Numbered from the stretch's first letter, positions 1 to 12,072 are shown. The stretch: 51,525 nt of DNA from Octopus bimaculoides (GCF_001194135.2 NC_068987.1:48107443-48158967); one strand, 5' to 3'. Made by a program: numbers and translations. Notes: a model not told the origin generated them from the sequence alone.

Positions 1-47
<47 letters not shown>

Positions 48-62
48 CATATATATACATAT
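1..62. repeat. (CA)n(TA)n microsatellite
   Basis: Directly visible dinucleotide runs. Similar tracts recur throughout the window (e.g. 905-960, 1440-1620, 18790-18857, 19870-19920). Confidence 0.95.
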
Positions 63-64
63 AT

Positions 65-221
65 ACGACGGGCTTCTTTCAGTTTCCGTCTACCAAATCC
101 ACTCACAAGGCTTTGGTCGGCCCGAGGCTATAGTAGAAGACACTAGCCCAAGGTGCCACGCAGTGGGACTGAACCCGGAACCATGTGGTTGGTAAGCAAG
201 CTACTTACCACACAGCCACTC
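65..221 (-). mobile_element. tRNA-derived SINE, head and body (octopus-type)
   Basis: Reverse complement starts GAGTGGCTGTGTGGTAAG (A box) and contains GGTTCAGTCCC (B box). Closely similar copies at 1266-1428, 26677-26743 and 44617-44737. Confidence 0.85.
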
Positions 222-911
222 AGCAATAAGAAAATGGAGGGTAGTATGTGGTATTCATCAACTTGCAGACATTGTATTATGTCAATTTACCTGTTTTAAC
301 TAAGAGGACAATAAAAACAATATACAAACATATGTGACATATTATGTCATATCAGTAATTAAAAAGGACATCTAGTGACTGAAGATGGGACAATGTCTTA
401 CAGCCGTTTCAGTCTAGGGTGACATGCCTCATTCTATATATATATAACTCCAGTAAGATGATGTAATTGATAGATGAAATGGATGAAATAGAGGTACATA
501 TATGATTCTCTTGGCCTCTTCAGAGATTTTACAAAGTTCATGAAGTTAATTTACAACATCCAAATATAAACATATAAAAAAACCCGTAAAAACTAACATA
601 TATATGCATACTTTAACATATATAGATATACATAAATAAACATAAATACATGAATACATCTATGTACAATTAAATGTACATACATAAACGTCTATACATG
701 CACACCAATGAGTCAATTATTATTGTTATTATACACGAGGACACATATATATATACCCACCCACACATACATACATACATACACATATATATACATAAGC
801 ATTCCCGTACATACATGTTCCCTGGTACATACGCATTAGTTGCGTTTGGAAAGGAGGACTGGTGCATTGGTTCCTAACGCTATATTTCCAGCAAAATGTC
901 CAGACCTATAC

Positions 912-961
<50 letters not shown>

Positions 962-970
962 TTATATCAG

Positions 971-1035
971 AAACTTATGGGGTACGTACGTGTCAATCCT
1001 GTTTGTAATGGAGGAATTTATATAAAAAATATTTC
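971..1035 (+). CDS. Candidate internal exon A of an unidentified + strand gene (KLMGYVRVNPVCNGGIYIKNI-S)
   Basis: Acceptor tatatttatatcag, donor TC|gtgaga. 65 nt, phase 0 to 2, which matches exon B. An alternative donor GG|gtacgt also gives phase 2. Confidence 0.45.
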
Positions 1036-1129
1036 GTGAGAATTGTTACAATAATGTCCAGACTTCTATAAGCCTGCAATGAGTTATTCCGTTATTTTTC
1101 TGCTTATAGAGAAGTTAGAAACCTGCTGG

Positions 1130-1428
1130 TAGTCGGTCTCTTTTGCCGAACTGCTAAGTTATGGGGACATAAACACACCAGCATTGGTTGTCAAGCGATG
1201 TTGGGGGGGGGGACAAACACAGACACCCAAACATATACACACACATACATATATATATACATATATACGATGGGCTTCTTTCAGTTTCCGTCTACCAAAT
1301 CCACTCACAAGGCTTTGGTCAGCCCGAAGCTATAGTAGAAGACACTTGCCCAAGGTGCCATGCAGTGGGAATGAACCCAGAACCATGTGGTTGGTAAGCA
1401 AGCTACTTACCACACAGCCACTCCTGCG
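1130..1428 (-). mobile_element. tRNA-derived SINE with an internal microsatellite
   Basis: Same head as 65-221, then an internal (TA/CA) tract, then the conserved tail segment also seen at 26465-26743 and 44430-44737. Confidence 0.85.
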
Positions 1429-1477
1429 AAAATTTTTATATAAAATATATATACATATATAAAATATATATACACAT

Positions 1478-1517
<40 letters not shown>

Positions 1518-1569
1518 TATGCATATATACATATATAAAACTACATATATATATACAAGCTTTATATAT

Positions 1570-1618
<49 letters not shown>

Positions 1619-1900
1619 CGCACACATAGAAATGCACCCATCCTTTGGATCAACTAATTTATTATAATGGTGCACTCCTGTGGACAGTTTAATTTGAATT
1701 AGCCCACAGTTGCAAGTTGCTTCAAGTTGATAAGTGTTAAAATTTATAATTACCATTTTCATTAGCAGTTTATGATATGATATTAAGAACTTAGGTATTG
1801 AATATAATTTTTTTGAACACAAATTTGGCAGTTAGTAATAAATTAAAGTCCATGAAACAAGATTGCAATTTCCGTAGGCATTAGAGATCCTATATCTTAC

Positions 1901-2009
1901 TTGAAGCATTTTGTCTTTATTTTTCTCATAATACCTGACACAACTGCATTGCAACTTTTTTTCAATGAAAGTCATTATGATAAAGAAAAGCAAACTTCTT
2001 TGATGATTG
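1901..2009 (-). CDS. Candidate exon of a - strand gene (S-NHQRSLLFFIIMTFIEKKLQCSCVRYYEKNKDKMLQ)
   Basis: Acceptor ttgtttcccttacacag, donor CAA|gtaaga. 109 nt, open only as phase 2 to 0, which matches the exon at 6455-6509. Confidence 0.4.
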
Positions 2010-2342
2010 CTGTGTAAGGGAAACAATTAATTTCTGACTTAGTTCACAAAGTACAGCTCATTTGGCTTTAGAAGCCCCATTTCTCTATATCACTCCATAA
2101 GAGAAAAATCTTAATAGTGAGGAGCCAGCTGTGAAACATTAGTGATGTATTTGCCAAGTGTGAACAAAATTGGATGAAAAATATTGATTTTATGTGAGAA
2201 CAAGTAATGGTCGGTCACATATACACTCACACACACACTCACATCACCCTTATATATAATAGATTGAAAATGGTTTGATTCAGCTACATGCAACTTCAAG
2301 TTTCATGGATCTCTAACAGAAGCCCATCTCTCTCATGTTTAG

Positions 2343-2430
2343 ATTACTGAATGAAGAAATCCAGGTAGTCCAAGATAGCTACCAGAAAATAGACTGCTTT
2401 GGTCAAGGTTTCTCACATGGTGTTGTCAAA
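2343..2430 (+). CDS. Internal exon B of the unidentified + strand gene (LLNEEIQVVQDSYQKIDCFGQGFSHGVVK)
   Basis: Acceptor catctctctcatgtttag, donor AAA|gtaaga. 88 nt open frame, phase 2 to 0, protein-like composition. Confidence 0.65.
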
Positions 2431-2949
2431 GTAAGATCAGTTGTTCAGAGACAGCAGTTCCTTAAAAAAGGGGAATTTCTTCAACAGGAAGCTAGTAATG
2501 CCTAAATGTCTGGGTGCAGCAGAAGTAAAACCAATGGGTTTGTGTGTATGTGTACACACACATATATACATACATATACACATATATACAAGATGTATGA
2601 ATGCATGGATGTGGGTGTGTTATTGTAGGTGTGTGTAGATGTGTGGGTGTGAGAGTGTATGTGTGTGCATATATGCTTTTGTTATTTATGTATGCAGGTG
2701 TGACGGATGTATGCTAGTGTTGCAGATGTGGTGTTTATGTATGTGGTTGTGATGTATGCCAGTGTAGTTGCATGTGTGTGGGTGAGTGTGTGCATATATG
2801 CACATGTGTGTGTGCATGTGTGTGTGTGTGTTTATTCATGTCTGCACACCACATATATGGAGGCGAAATTAAAGAGTTATACAGGATGCATAAGGTTGCA
2901 GGGGTCAGTCTACATAGGAATTGGTGGTAGGTAACCCTGTTCTTGGTCG

Positions 2950-3330
2950 GGAAACAGTCAGTACTGGGAAGCAGCCAAGGTACATATGGGCTGTCAGCAA
3001 CTAGTGGTTTGAAGTTCACAAGAAGGCATACTTCTGGTGGTAGTAATAGGATGGTTTATATTTCTTGTTAATAAATACTGCATGTTGACAGAGAATATGC
3101 AGTCTTTCATGGAGGTTGAGCTGACAATTGCAGGTGCTGGGTGAATAGGATGGTGCTCTGTTAATAATAGTCCATTTGGCTGTGTGGGAGCCTCCAGAGA
3201 AAGTGAGACAAAGAAGTGGAATTCTCTCTATCTCTGCATCTGAGTGAATGCATGTGCTGTGTACCTCTCCTTGAAATTGTTGGCTGTTTTGCTCATGTAG
3301 TGCCATGTGATGCCATCGGATAATGTGAAG
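2950..3330 (-). mobile_element. Penelope-like element, GIY-YIG C-terminal remnant
   Basis: Translates AKWTIINRAPSYSPSTCNCQLNLHERLHIL..INKK, which aligns by eye with the 12080-12400 copy and the PLE motif W-x-I-x2-RA-x2-Y...C-x-LC. Confidence 0.65.
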
Positions 3331-3694
3331 GTGGCCTGTAGACTACAGCTCTGAAGTGGCAGGATTGTCCTACAGGGTAGCTAGTAGGGTTTTGGCAGGT
3401 TGAGGCTGGGGGTTGGGCAGGTGTATGTTTACAAGTTATAGAATGCAATAAGAAGCAAATTAATTTAAGCAGGAGTAGCTCACTTTGATGTTATGTGGGT
3501 ACTTGTAGTACTTGTGACCTATGAGGAAACGCTTCTTGATCAACAACAGGAAGTTCCTAGCTACATTAGTGGAAAATTCTAGGGTTAATTGGCAGATTCA
3601 AACAGATTATCTTTCTCATCATCTTTGCATGCACGGTAACGATGGGGGTGGGGCTTGAGGATCCTCCATATATATAGATAAATCATTATCACTA

Positions 3695-3830
3695 TTTAGT
3701 GTCCGTTTTCCATGCTGGCATGGCTTAAATAGTTTGACAGCCAGAGTTGTATCAGTCTCCAGTCTGATTTGGTTTGGTTTCTACAGCTGGATGCCTTTCC
3801 TAATGTCAACCACTCCAAGAATGTAATGGG
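3695..3830 (-). mobile_element. Short element carrying the RTE-type 3' tail
   Basis: Degenerate reverse complement of the GGAAGGGCATCCAGCTGTAGAAAC...CCATGCCAGCATGGAAAACGGAC tail found at 37197-37335. Confidence 0.7.
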
Positions 3831-4151
3831 TGCCCCTCTATATGTCACCAGCATAGGTGCCCTTTACATGTCACTGGAACAACAATGATTTCACTTGGCT
3901 TGATGTGTCTTCTCAAGCACAGCAAATTACCAAAGGTTTTAATCACTAGTCATTGCCTCCATGAGACTCATCTTCCAAAGATTATGCTTCACCACCTCAT
4001 TCTATGTCTTTCTGGATCTACCTCTTACACATGTTCCCGCCACAGTTAGAGATTGGCACTTCTTTATATNNNNNNNNNNNNNNNNNNNNNNNNNNNNNNN
4101 NNNNNNNNNNNNNNNNNNNNNNNNNNNNNNNNTATATATATACATACGTAG

Positions 4152-4180
4152 ATACTAGCTGAATATTCCATCATTGCAAG
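4152..4180 (+). CDS. Internal exon C of the unidentified + strand gene (ILAEYSIIA-R)
   Basis: Acceptor catacgtag (just after an N gap), donor AAG|gtaatt. 29 nt, phase 0 to 2, bridging exons B and D in frame. Confidence 0.55.
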
Positions 4181-5012
4181 GTAATTTTCATAATAGAATG
4201 ACTTGGCAGACTTTCAGAATAGCACACCCTCATAAGCTGGATTTACTCTGTTTGACAGGGATTTTTAAAATTTGTTTTCCACCACACCTATGTAGATAAG
4301 GGGGGAAGCTTTTTATGGAAAAAGACTTTTGAAAATTTATAAATATCACCCCCACCCCACCTACTTCCAAACCGATTTTGTCCAATTTTTAAAAACAATG
4401 GAAGATACCTTTTTGCTAAAAAAAGTTTTTGAAACTTAGTGAATTTTTTCAAATCCCTCCTCCGTCATTCAGTACTGATTTTGGCCAATTTGTTTTGCAC
4501 TACGCACTTACAAACAATGGGAGAAATCTTGAAAGTTATATAAAAAAAAGTTTTTGGAAATCAGCAATCACTATTACAATCTCCACTTGCTTTATTTTCA
4601 AACAGAAAATGAAATTTAATTTAAAAACAATAGTGAAATCCTTAATTTTTTTTTTATTAACTCTACCCCTCCATAAATCATTTTAAATCATAGTTTTAAA
4701 ATACAAACAGTCAGAATCTACAATTTTTTTCTGTTGATAATTTTAAAATAATTTTCACATGAAAAGGTGTGTGGTTTAAAGGAAGCTTAACTGTTGTCTC
4801 TAGCACATCCCATGGTCACCTGGTAGATTCCTCCTTTCTTTAACACTTTGACATGTGTTGATGAAATCAATGCATGAGATAATACATTTACACAGAGAGT
4901 GTGAGTGATAAAGAGTTTGGTAAATAATACAGAGAGATAGATTGATGGTGACAGAGAGTGACATATCTCTATATGTCAGTCTAAAAGTTGAGTTATTTCT
5001 CATAGTAAATTA

Positions 5013-5046
<34 letters not shown>

Positions 5047-5479
5047 TATGGAAGACCTTCTCTTTGAGATGCAGATTTTGAAAATTAAATTTGTTTTTTG
5101 TAAGGAGTCACCATTTCAGGGCCTTTCAAGGTCAGACACACACACACACACACACANNNNNNNNNNNNNNNNNNNNNNNNNNNNNNNNNNNNNNNNNNNN
5201 NNNNNNNNNNNNNNNNNNNNNNNNNNNNNNNNNNNNNNNNNNNNNNNNNNNNNNNNNNNNNNNNNNNNNNNNNNNNNNNNNNNNNNNNNNNNNNNNNNNN
5301 NNNNNNNATATATATATATATATATATATAGATATAAATAATCACATACACTTACATTCATATATTATATACACACACACACATACAATATGCTGGAATG
5401 TGTATGTACAGTGACCAACCCAGAGGCACTTAGCACTTACTGCAAGAGAACTAGGGTCGCAGTTCTCAGTGAACCACAT

Positions 5480-6170
5480 TTTGCAGAGGAGGGTTCACTA
5501 ATAGAATGAAGAGCATGCTGTACTGTCCAGATAAGCTAAGAACAACTGAAGACAGTTTGAAGTTGGCTTTACAATAAAGAACACCATTTTCTCCAGGCAT
5601 GAGAGTTTCCACATTGGTCACTCTCAGTACATCATATCTGTATGCCTTTTTCTACAAGATGGCTATTATGCAACTATCATCAGCATCACCCTTCAAGCTG
5701 ATCCAGCTACAAAGTGAATTGAGTTCTCTCTACCAAAAGACAACAGCAAAGGCAGAATCTTCATTATGGGTGACTTTAACTCAAGGGTCAGCAGAAACCA
5801 CACCATATGGCCAGGCATACTTAGTCAACATGGCATTAGCAATTGCAACAACAACGAATAAATGTTGAATGAATTCTGTGCAGAACATGGTTTCGTCAAA
5901 TATCTTGTTTTAGTAGAAAGCACAGTTCAAGACAACTTGAAGACACTCTTGGTTAAAACACTGGCACCTGCTTGACTACATATTGGTGCAACAGATGAAT
6001 ATAAAGATCATGTTCAATGCCAGAGTCATGCCTAGTGCACACTGCTACACAGACCACAGGTTGGTTTGTGCACAAGTCAGACTGTTCATCAAATCTGTCA
6101 AGAAGAGAGGTCCTTTAACGAAGAAATTACAGGTCAACAGACTTCTACAACTGCAGGAAGGATTTCAGTC
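5480..6170 (+). mobile_element. RTE-clade LINE, apurinic endonuclease remnant
   Basis: Frameshifted motifs MGDFNSRV, WPGILSQHGISNC, LDYILV and CYTDHRLV. Confidence 0.75.
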
Positions 6171-6454
6171 AAGGTGCCCGTGTGTGTGTATAGTCATTTG
6201 TGTATCATACTAAATATATGTACACCACTGAAAGGTAGGTAGGCTGCTAAGGTTTATGACTAAGAGAAAATTTCTTTATAGACATGTTAAAAACACAGTA
6301 TATACCAGAGCAAAATGAATATCACTGCAGCTGTACCTCACAAGAATAACAGACACATTTAGCCCTACTTGGGGGCTCGTCAATGCCATGTACCTGTTTG
6401 ACACTTGTCTAGATGAAATTCATGTGTTGATATATAACAGACAGTGAATAATAC

Positions 6455-6509
6455 CTCTCTAGGTATTGCTGAAAGTTTGCCAAGTTGTAAAAAAAATCAG
6501 TGAACGCAA
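6455..6509 (-). CDS. Candidate exon of the - strand gene (AFTDFFYNLANFQQYLE)
   Basis: Acceptor ttttaatttaatgctgtttcag, donor GAG|gtatta. 55 nt, open only as phase 1 to 2. Confidence 0.4.
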
Positions 6510-6548
6510 CTGAAACAGCATTAAATTAAAATTTACATATAAACTTAC

Positions 6549-6690
6549 CTGATGTCTTTATTACATCATTATATTGAGGAAGACTAGTACTGTTCTCACT
6601 TGTTATAGAACTGAGAATTTGTTTTGCATGCTCATTAGTCAATTCTATAGACTCCTCGGAGTCACTTCTTGAAGATGGATAATCATCCAT
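6549..6690 (-). CDS. Candidate first coding exon of the - strand gene (MDDYPSSRSDSEESIELTNEHAKQILSSITSENSTSLPQYNDVIKTS)
   Basis: Exon 6746-6549 has acceptor tatattttttttag and a perfect donor CAG|gtaagt. All three frames close in its 5' part, and the ATG at 6690 opens a frame that runs to the donor. An alternative in-phase donor CAA|gtgaga lies at 6600/6599. Confidence 0.45.
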
Positions 6691-6899
6691 ATTTAAATTT
6701 CACACGATGACGACGACGGTTATCAGACAGCTGAAGTTGGGAAAATCTAAAAAAAATATATAAAACAATAACATATAAGCATTTGGAAAAACAACTACAA
6801 AGTAATGAAAATAACAAACTATTCCTTGCAAGTTGCAAGTGAATTGCACATGCATGTGCATGCATTATTCTATCCACTATTCCTGAGAGGATTGTGGAA

Positions 6900-8760
6900 G
6901 TAGAGTCCACAGGTATCTCCTCTGTAGGGTTCTATTAGAAGCAACTGTTAAATTTTCCAGCTGGATTCCCAAAGCACAACCTACTGGAACTATTCATATT
7001 AACCAATCATCTTGTTGATCGACTTCTAGTTCTCTTGTCCATTGGATTGGCTAAAAGAATCCATCTTGCAATTCTTTCTTGTGACTTTCTTATCACCTGT
7101 CCATAGTACTGGAACCATGATCTCTCAATGTAGAGAAGTTGTGGCTTGACCCAGAGAGACTCCCTGATCTCCAAGTTAAGCATCCTGTCAAGTCATGTTA
7201 CTTCAGAGACCCTTAGGTGGAAACCCATTTCAGCTGCCTGTATTTGTGATCATACTTTTTTAGTCATTACCCAACATTCATGACCATAGGTGAGAATAGT
7301 CACAATAACTGAATTTAAGATAGCAAGTTTGGCTTTTTTACCAACCGCTCCTCTACTGAGAATCAAATGCTGGAGCTGGTGCATTACTGTGCCAGCATCT
7401 GCAATTCTAGCATCCAGTTTAGCCTCCTTCTTGTTATGAAGTCAGCAGATGGTCTGCCAGAATACTTTATTGGTCAATCTAAAGTCAGAGTCCAGCTTGA
7501 CTTCAAAGTCCTCCTTCAGTTTAGCCTCAGATGTTTTTACAGTTTCTGCAACTTTTCGTAGCTCAGTGTACTGCCTGCACTAAACAGGAGGCTCATTTCC
7601 AAGCCAAGATTAGTAAACCTCCTTCTCTGCATGAATGGTATATTTAACTTCCTGCTAAAAACAGGGGGTTCTTTTGCTACCTGATGCCACACAAAACCAC
7701 ATTCATCCACAGCATTTTGCAGCCGAAAAAGATACTGCTGAACAAAATCTCCATTCTGATTCGACATCCTCAGTTTGTTCAGGAAGATCTCTGAATTTGG
7801 ATGCAATTGTTTCTGATTCCACCTGCCAGGGCTTCCCATTTTATCCTGCACTGGGCTTACAAGTTTTGGGACTTCTTTCTGTGGTAGATAGTTCCTGGTT
7901 GCAGACAACTAGGTAGTGATCAGTTGATAGCTTTGCCACTTTCTTTACATGTACATTCAGCACAGAAACAAAGAAATTAAAGACAATAACAAAATCTATC
8001 AATGACCTCTGTCCCAAAGTATCCCTATACCAGGCATACCTATGGATATCTCTGTACTAGGAGATTGTGTTCATAATGGAGAAGCCATTTCCAGCACAGA
8101 AGTCTAGTAAAGTCTCTCTATTTGCACCGAGGATCACCATTCCTACCAATCACTCCTTTCTACGTCTGGTGATTGGTGCCAACATGTACACAGAAGTCTC
8201 CTTGTCAGACAAATGACTTGGTCTTAACTACATCTATGTCTGCAGTGACCTTGTCGGGGGAAGATTTGTATCTGACCTCACTGTTTGGTGCATATACTTG
8301 CAACAAACACAGTTCTTCCTTCAGCCTAAGGTGCAGGAGACAAACCTTCCTACCTAGTGGGATCCACTCCATAACACAATCTGACAGCTACGAACTTGTG
8401 CGTTTCTCCATTCCCATCTGTACAGACATAGTTGGCACCACACCTGAATAGTGGAGTTTCTGTTCTCCATCCAAATCCTTGGTACCAGAGCCTCAGAACC
8501 TTGTACAGAAGACACCAACTATAGCTAGCCAGCAGTGTTTGGCCTCCTCCATTAGTTTCTACTTTTCACCCACAAGGGTTGTATCATTTCAATTCCCAAT
8601 CCTTGATGATGGTCCCCTCATGGATCCATTTCAAGGTCCCAGGACATGTATCCTTTGTGCTTCCACCCTGCACCTCTCAGAACAAGTTGCAAGCTTATTG
8701 CTGGTTTTATTGGCATAGGGTGGAGACAGTATTATATTTTTCAAACAGACGCCTCGATCT
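6900..8760 (-). mobile_element. RTE-clade (Rex3/Expander-like) LINE remnant
   Basis: Minus-strand translations include LCLLQVYAP (endonuclease) and AKLAILNSVIVTILTYGHECWVMT..QIQAAEMGF (C-terminal region). Many stops and frameshifts. Confidence 0.75.
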
Positions 8761-8785
8761 AAGATTAGAATGCTTCCCTTGTTAA

Positions 8786-8980
8786 CCCTTTTGATACCAA
8801 CCTGCCTGAAACTGCCTCTTGTTTTCAAAAGTTCTGAATTAAAATCTTCCACCAAACCTTAGTCACAGTTTATGTTCCTAACATTAGCTTAACGATAACT
8901 AAGTTATTTTACTAAATTCTTTGTTATATTTAAAATTAATTGAGGGAAACAAAGAGCATCTCATTAGAAATATGGTAACA
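8786..8980. mobile_element. piggyBac-type MITE, one end truncated
   Basis: TTAA|CCCTTTTGATACCAACC at 8782. The distal part resembles, in reverse complement, the terminal sequence of the 11042-12072 element. Confidence 0.65.
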
Positions 8981-9285
8981 TCCACAAGTTCAGTGGAGCA
9001 GAAATTGGTAGAAACTGGATTCTGTTGGCAAATTTTATTTTCTAAATAATCTTGTGCTAACCTGAGAGGTTCGGGTTTTAATAAAAGGCCCAGACATATA
9101 TCTATTTGGAACTATTCTTGAGAAAAACCTGTAAAAATTGAATCCAAATAAAGCCCACCAGAACTAAATCAATCCCACTTTACAAACTGCTGAAATTGCC
9201 ATGGTTTCATAGCCAATAAAACTCACTTCCACTGTCACTAAAACTGCACATAAAATTCCATCTATATTTTATTTTACTTTTTCAG

Positions 9286-9370
9286 GCAGATAAACAGTGA
9301 ACGAGGACTTAAAACACAAAATGTACAGGAATATTTAGCAGCAAGAGTTCCCATAAAAGGCAGTCCATAA
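9286..9370 (+). CDS. Terminal exon D of the unidentified + strand gene (R-QINSERGLKTQNVQEYLAARVPIKGSP*)
   Basis: Very strong acceptor tatatttttattttactttttcag. Phase-2 start matches exon C. Stop TAA at 9368-9370. Confidence 0.6.
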
Positions 9371-11041
9371 AATGCTCGACTGATTCACTAGATATATAGG
9401 TCTAGGTCATTTTTGTTACATAATCATCATTTTAATGCCCCATTTTCCATATTTGTATGGGTCAGATGATATTTTTAAGGCAGATTTTTACAACTGAGTG
9501 CTCTTCTTGTTCAGTCTGTAGCTATCATAAAAGTGCTCCCCCATGGGACTGAACCCAAAATTATGTGGTTGAGAAGTGAATCTTGAAACCACACAGCTAT
9601 GCTTAGAAATGGTCAACATGCACATAAGGAAGGGCTGAAAGAATTTTAGGGAGCTGTTATCTCTTTAATCAAACAAGAATTTCTCAGTATGAGACAAGTG
9701 GAACAAGTATGATAATGTATAGTAATAGGATATGGACATCAAATACAAAAGATCTGTAAAGGCTAGAGAAAGAAATTTGTCAAGTATGATCTGATATAAG
9801 TACAACATTAAGTTACATGAAAAGCAGAGCACAAGTGTGCAACAAGTGCAACAGGATATTAAAAATATAAATTAATGGAAAAGCTGATATGATGGACAAC
9901 TGACACAAATGGATGAAATACTAAGATAAACTGTCATGCACAGACAGTGGAAGAAATCTCTGCTTGAGAAAGACAAATAAACACAAGAAATGGCATGATG
10001 ATACCAGACCTCAGGATGAGAGATCTCCCAGACTTAATAAAGGATCGAAGGTGACTATATACTGTACACAGATCCACTCAACCCATGGTTGGAAAAAAAT
10101 GGGTCACTAAAGCTAATGATAATAATACTGATGATAATGCAAATAACAGCAAGTTTCATACAGAAATTCAAAATTATTGGTGGCATTTTACTCAAATTTT
10201 CGTGAAAATTAAAACCCAACTTTCTGAACTAAACTGTTTTGCATATCTCATCCATCACAGTCTGTCATACTAAAAAATTGATCTTGTTGTTTCTGAATCC
10301 ACCTTCTTTGCATTTTTGCAAAATCCAACTATTATGGTATTACCAAAAGTGCTTGGTCACATAACAAAATTCCATAAAATATTATTGTGCCATTTAAACT
10401 ACAGTTTCTCCCCCACTAACACCACCACCACCACCAATAAATAGCCATTAAATTTTTTTTTAACATATTCGATTGGAAATTCACTATCAGTATGAAAACT
10501 AAAACTTACAGAAAAATTGTCACTTTGGAACCATCCTCATCATCAGCATCTGATGTTAATTTTTCCATGCAAAGGTTAAAATACAGTGCTTAAGATGTGC
10601 TGCTTTGGCTAGGAGTGGATTTTCTGAGAAGCTCACATACGTGGACATTCCCCAAACCCCCTCACCTCACCTGAAGAGAATTAGGAAAAGGAAAATTATC
10701 TGGTTTAAACCACCCACACACACACACATACCAATTTAACCTAAAAGTTTCTACCAACATAGCCAGGTGCTTCCTGTTGTTAAGTAAGAAACATTTCTCC
10801 AGAGGCCATAAGTATTACAAACTTTTCAACCCCCATAATGTCAAGGTGACCTACTCCTGCTTAGACAACATTGCATCTAACATCATATGCATCAACAGAT
10901 GTAAAAATGCACCCACACAAACCCCAATACCTACCCTCTAGAAGGATCCTATCTCTTAAGAGCTGTAGTATACAGAGCCACCCTTACACCATCTGATGGC
11001 ATCACTAGGCACCATACAGATATGACAACCAATGACTTTAA

Positions 11042-12072
11042 CCCTTTCGTTACTATATTTCTGGCCAAAATACACCCCTCATGAGTTTCAATTAAATTCT
11101 AAAATAATCATGAATTTAGACTAGTCTCATTAAACACCTGTAACTTTTTTATTTATCAACATATTAATGTGATATTTGGAACATAATTAAAGAAAGGGTT
11201 CTTAATCAATTCTATTGCATAATTTTTGTCTCTAAGTTCTCCACGTACTGGGTGGGGTGGGGAGTACTGCTAGTGTCTCTCACATGTAAATATTGGTTCA
11301 GCTTCACGAATCGTACTCGTTCATAATACTGGAAATATATTCATCGCCAAAAGGTTCCTGATCGCTCCAGTAATTTGTTATTCTGGGTAACTGTCTAANN
11401 NNNNNNNNNNNNNNNNNNNNNNNNNNNNNNNNNNNNNNNNNNNNNNNNNNNNNNNNNNNNNNNNNNNNNNNNNNNNNNNNNNNNNNNNNNNNNNNNNNNN
11501 NNNNNNNNNNNNNNNNNNNNNNNNNNNNNNNNNNNNNNNNNNNNNNNNNNNNNNNNNNNNNNNNNNNNNNNNNNNNNNNNNNNNNNNNNNNNNNNNNNNN
11601 NNNNNNNNNNNNNNNNNNNNNNNNNNNNNNNNNNNNNNNNNNNNNNNNNNNNNNNNNNNNNNNNNNNNNNNNNNNNNNNNNNGATACAGAAATATCCGAT
11701 TCATTATCGTTCACCACGTACTTTTGTAGCTCATTCATTCTTTTCTTCGATATCTCCATATCTTCAGTTGAAAAACCTTCAAATTCGGAATCACTGCTTG
11801 ATAGCATGAAACTCCTCTCCATCTTCAAAGTTGAAAAAAATTAACGCCGCAAAAAATATGGAAAAAAATCTTCCAAAATTCACTGAGTTCAAATATTACG
11901 CCAAATAATGTCAGAGACAATAACTCAACTGTTTGCAAAGTGAAATCAGGTGTTTGAACGAATGTACTAACGAAATTTGGGTTCAGATATACATTTAAAT
12001 AACAATGGGTACGCTCGGCCGGCTTAGTCTTATGAACCAAAAAATTTTTCGGCCGGGTTAGTAACGAAAGGG
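11042..12072 (-). mobile_element. Internally deleted piggyBac transposon
   Basis: TTAA TSDs at 11038-11041 and 12073-12076, perfect 14-bp TIR CCCTTTCGTTACTA. Transposase N-terminus SSSDSEFEGFS..., then LPRITNYWSDQEPFGDEYISSIM, a frameshift, and RVRFVKLNQYLHVRD, after which it is truncated. An N gap lies inside. Confidence 0.9.

Noticed and set aside
800-905. Additional + strand exon upstream of exon A
   Set aside because: Protein-like frames exist, but the only phase-compatible donor (gtgcat) and acceptor are weak. Left uncalled.
990-1073. Minus-strand 84-nt exon with an in-frame TGA (selenocysteine idea)
   Set aside because: No SECIS or selenoprotein motif, and it overlaps the antisense of + exon A.
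670-1653. ORFs rich in [10 protein letters not shown] (also 18618-18917, 19657-20031, 12575-12866)
   Set aside because: They are translations of (TA)n/(CA)n microsatellites.
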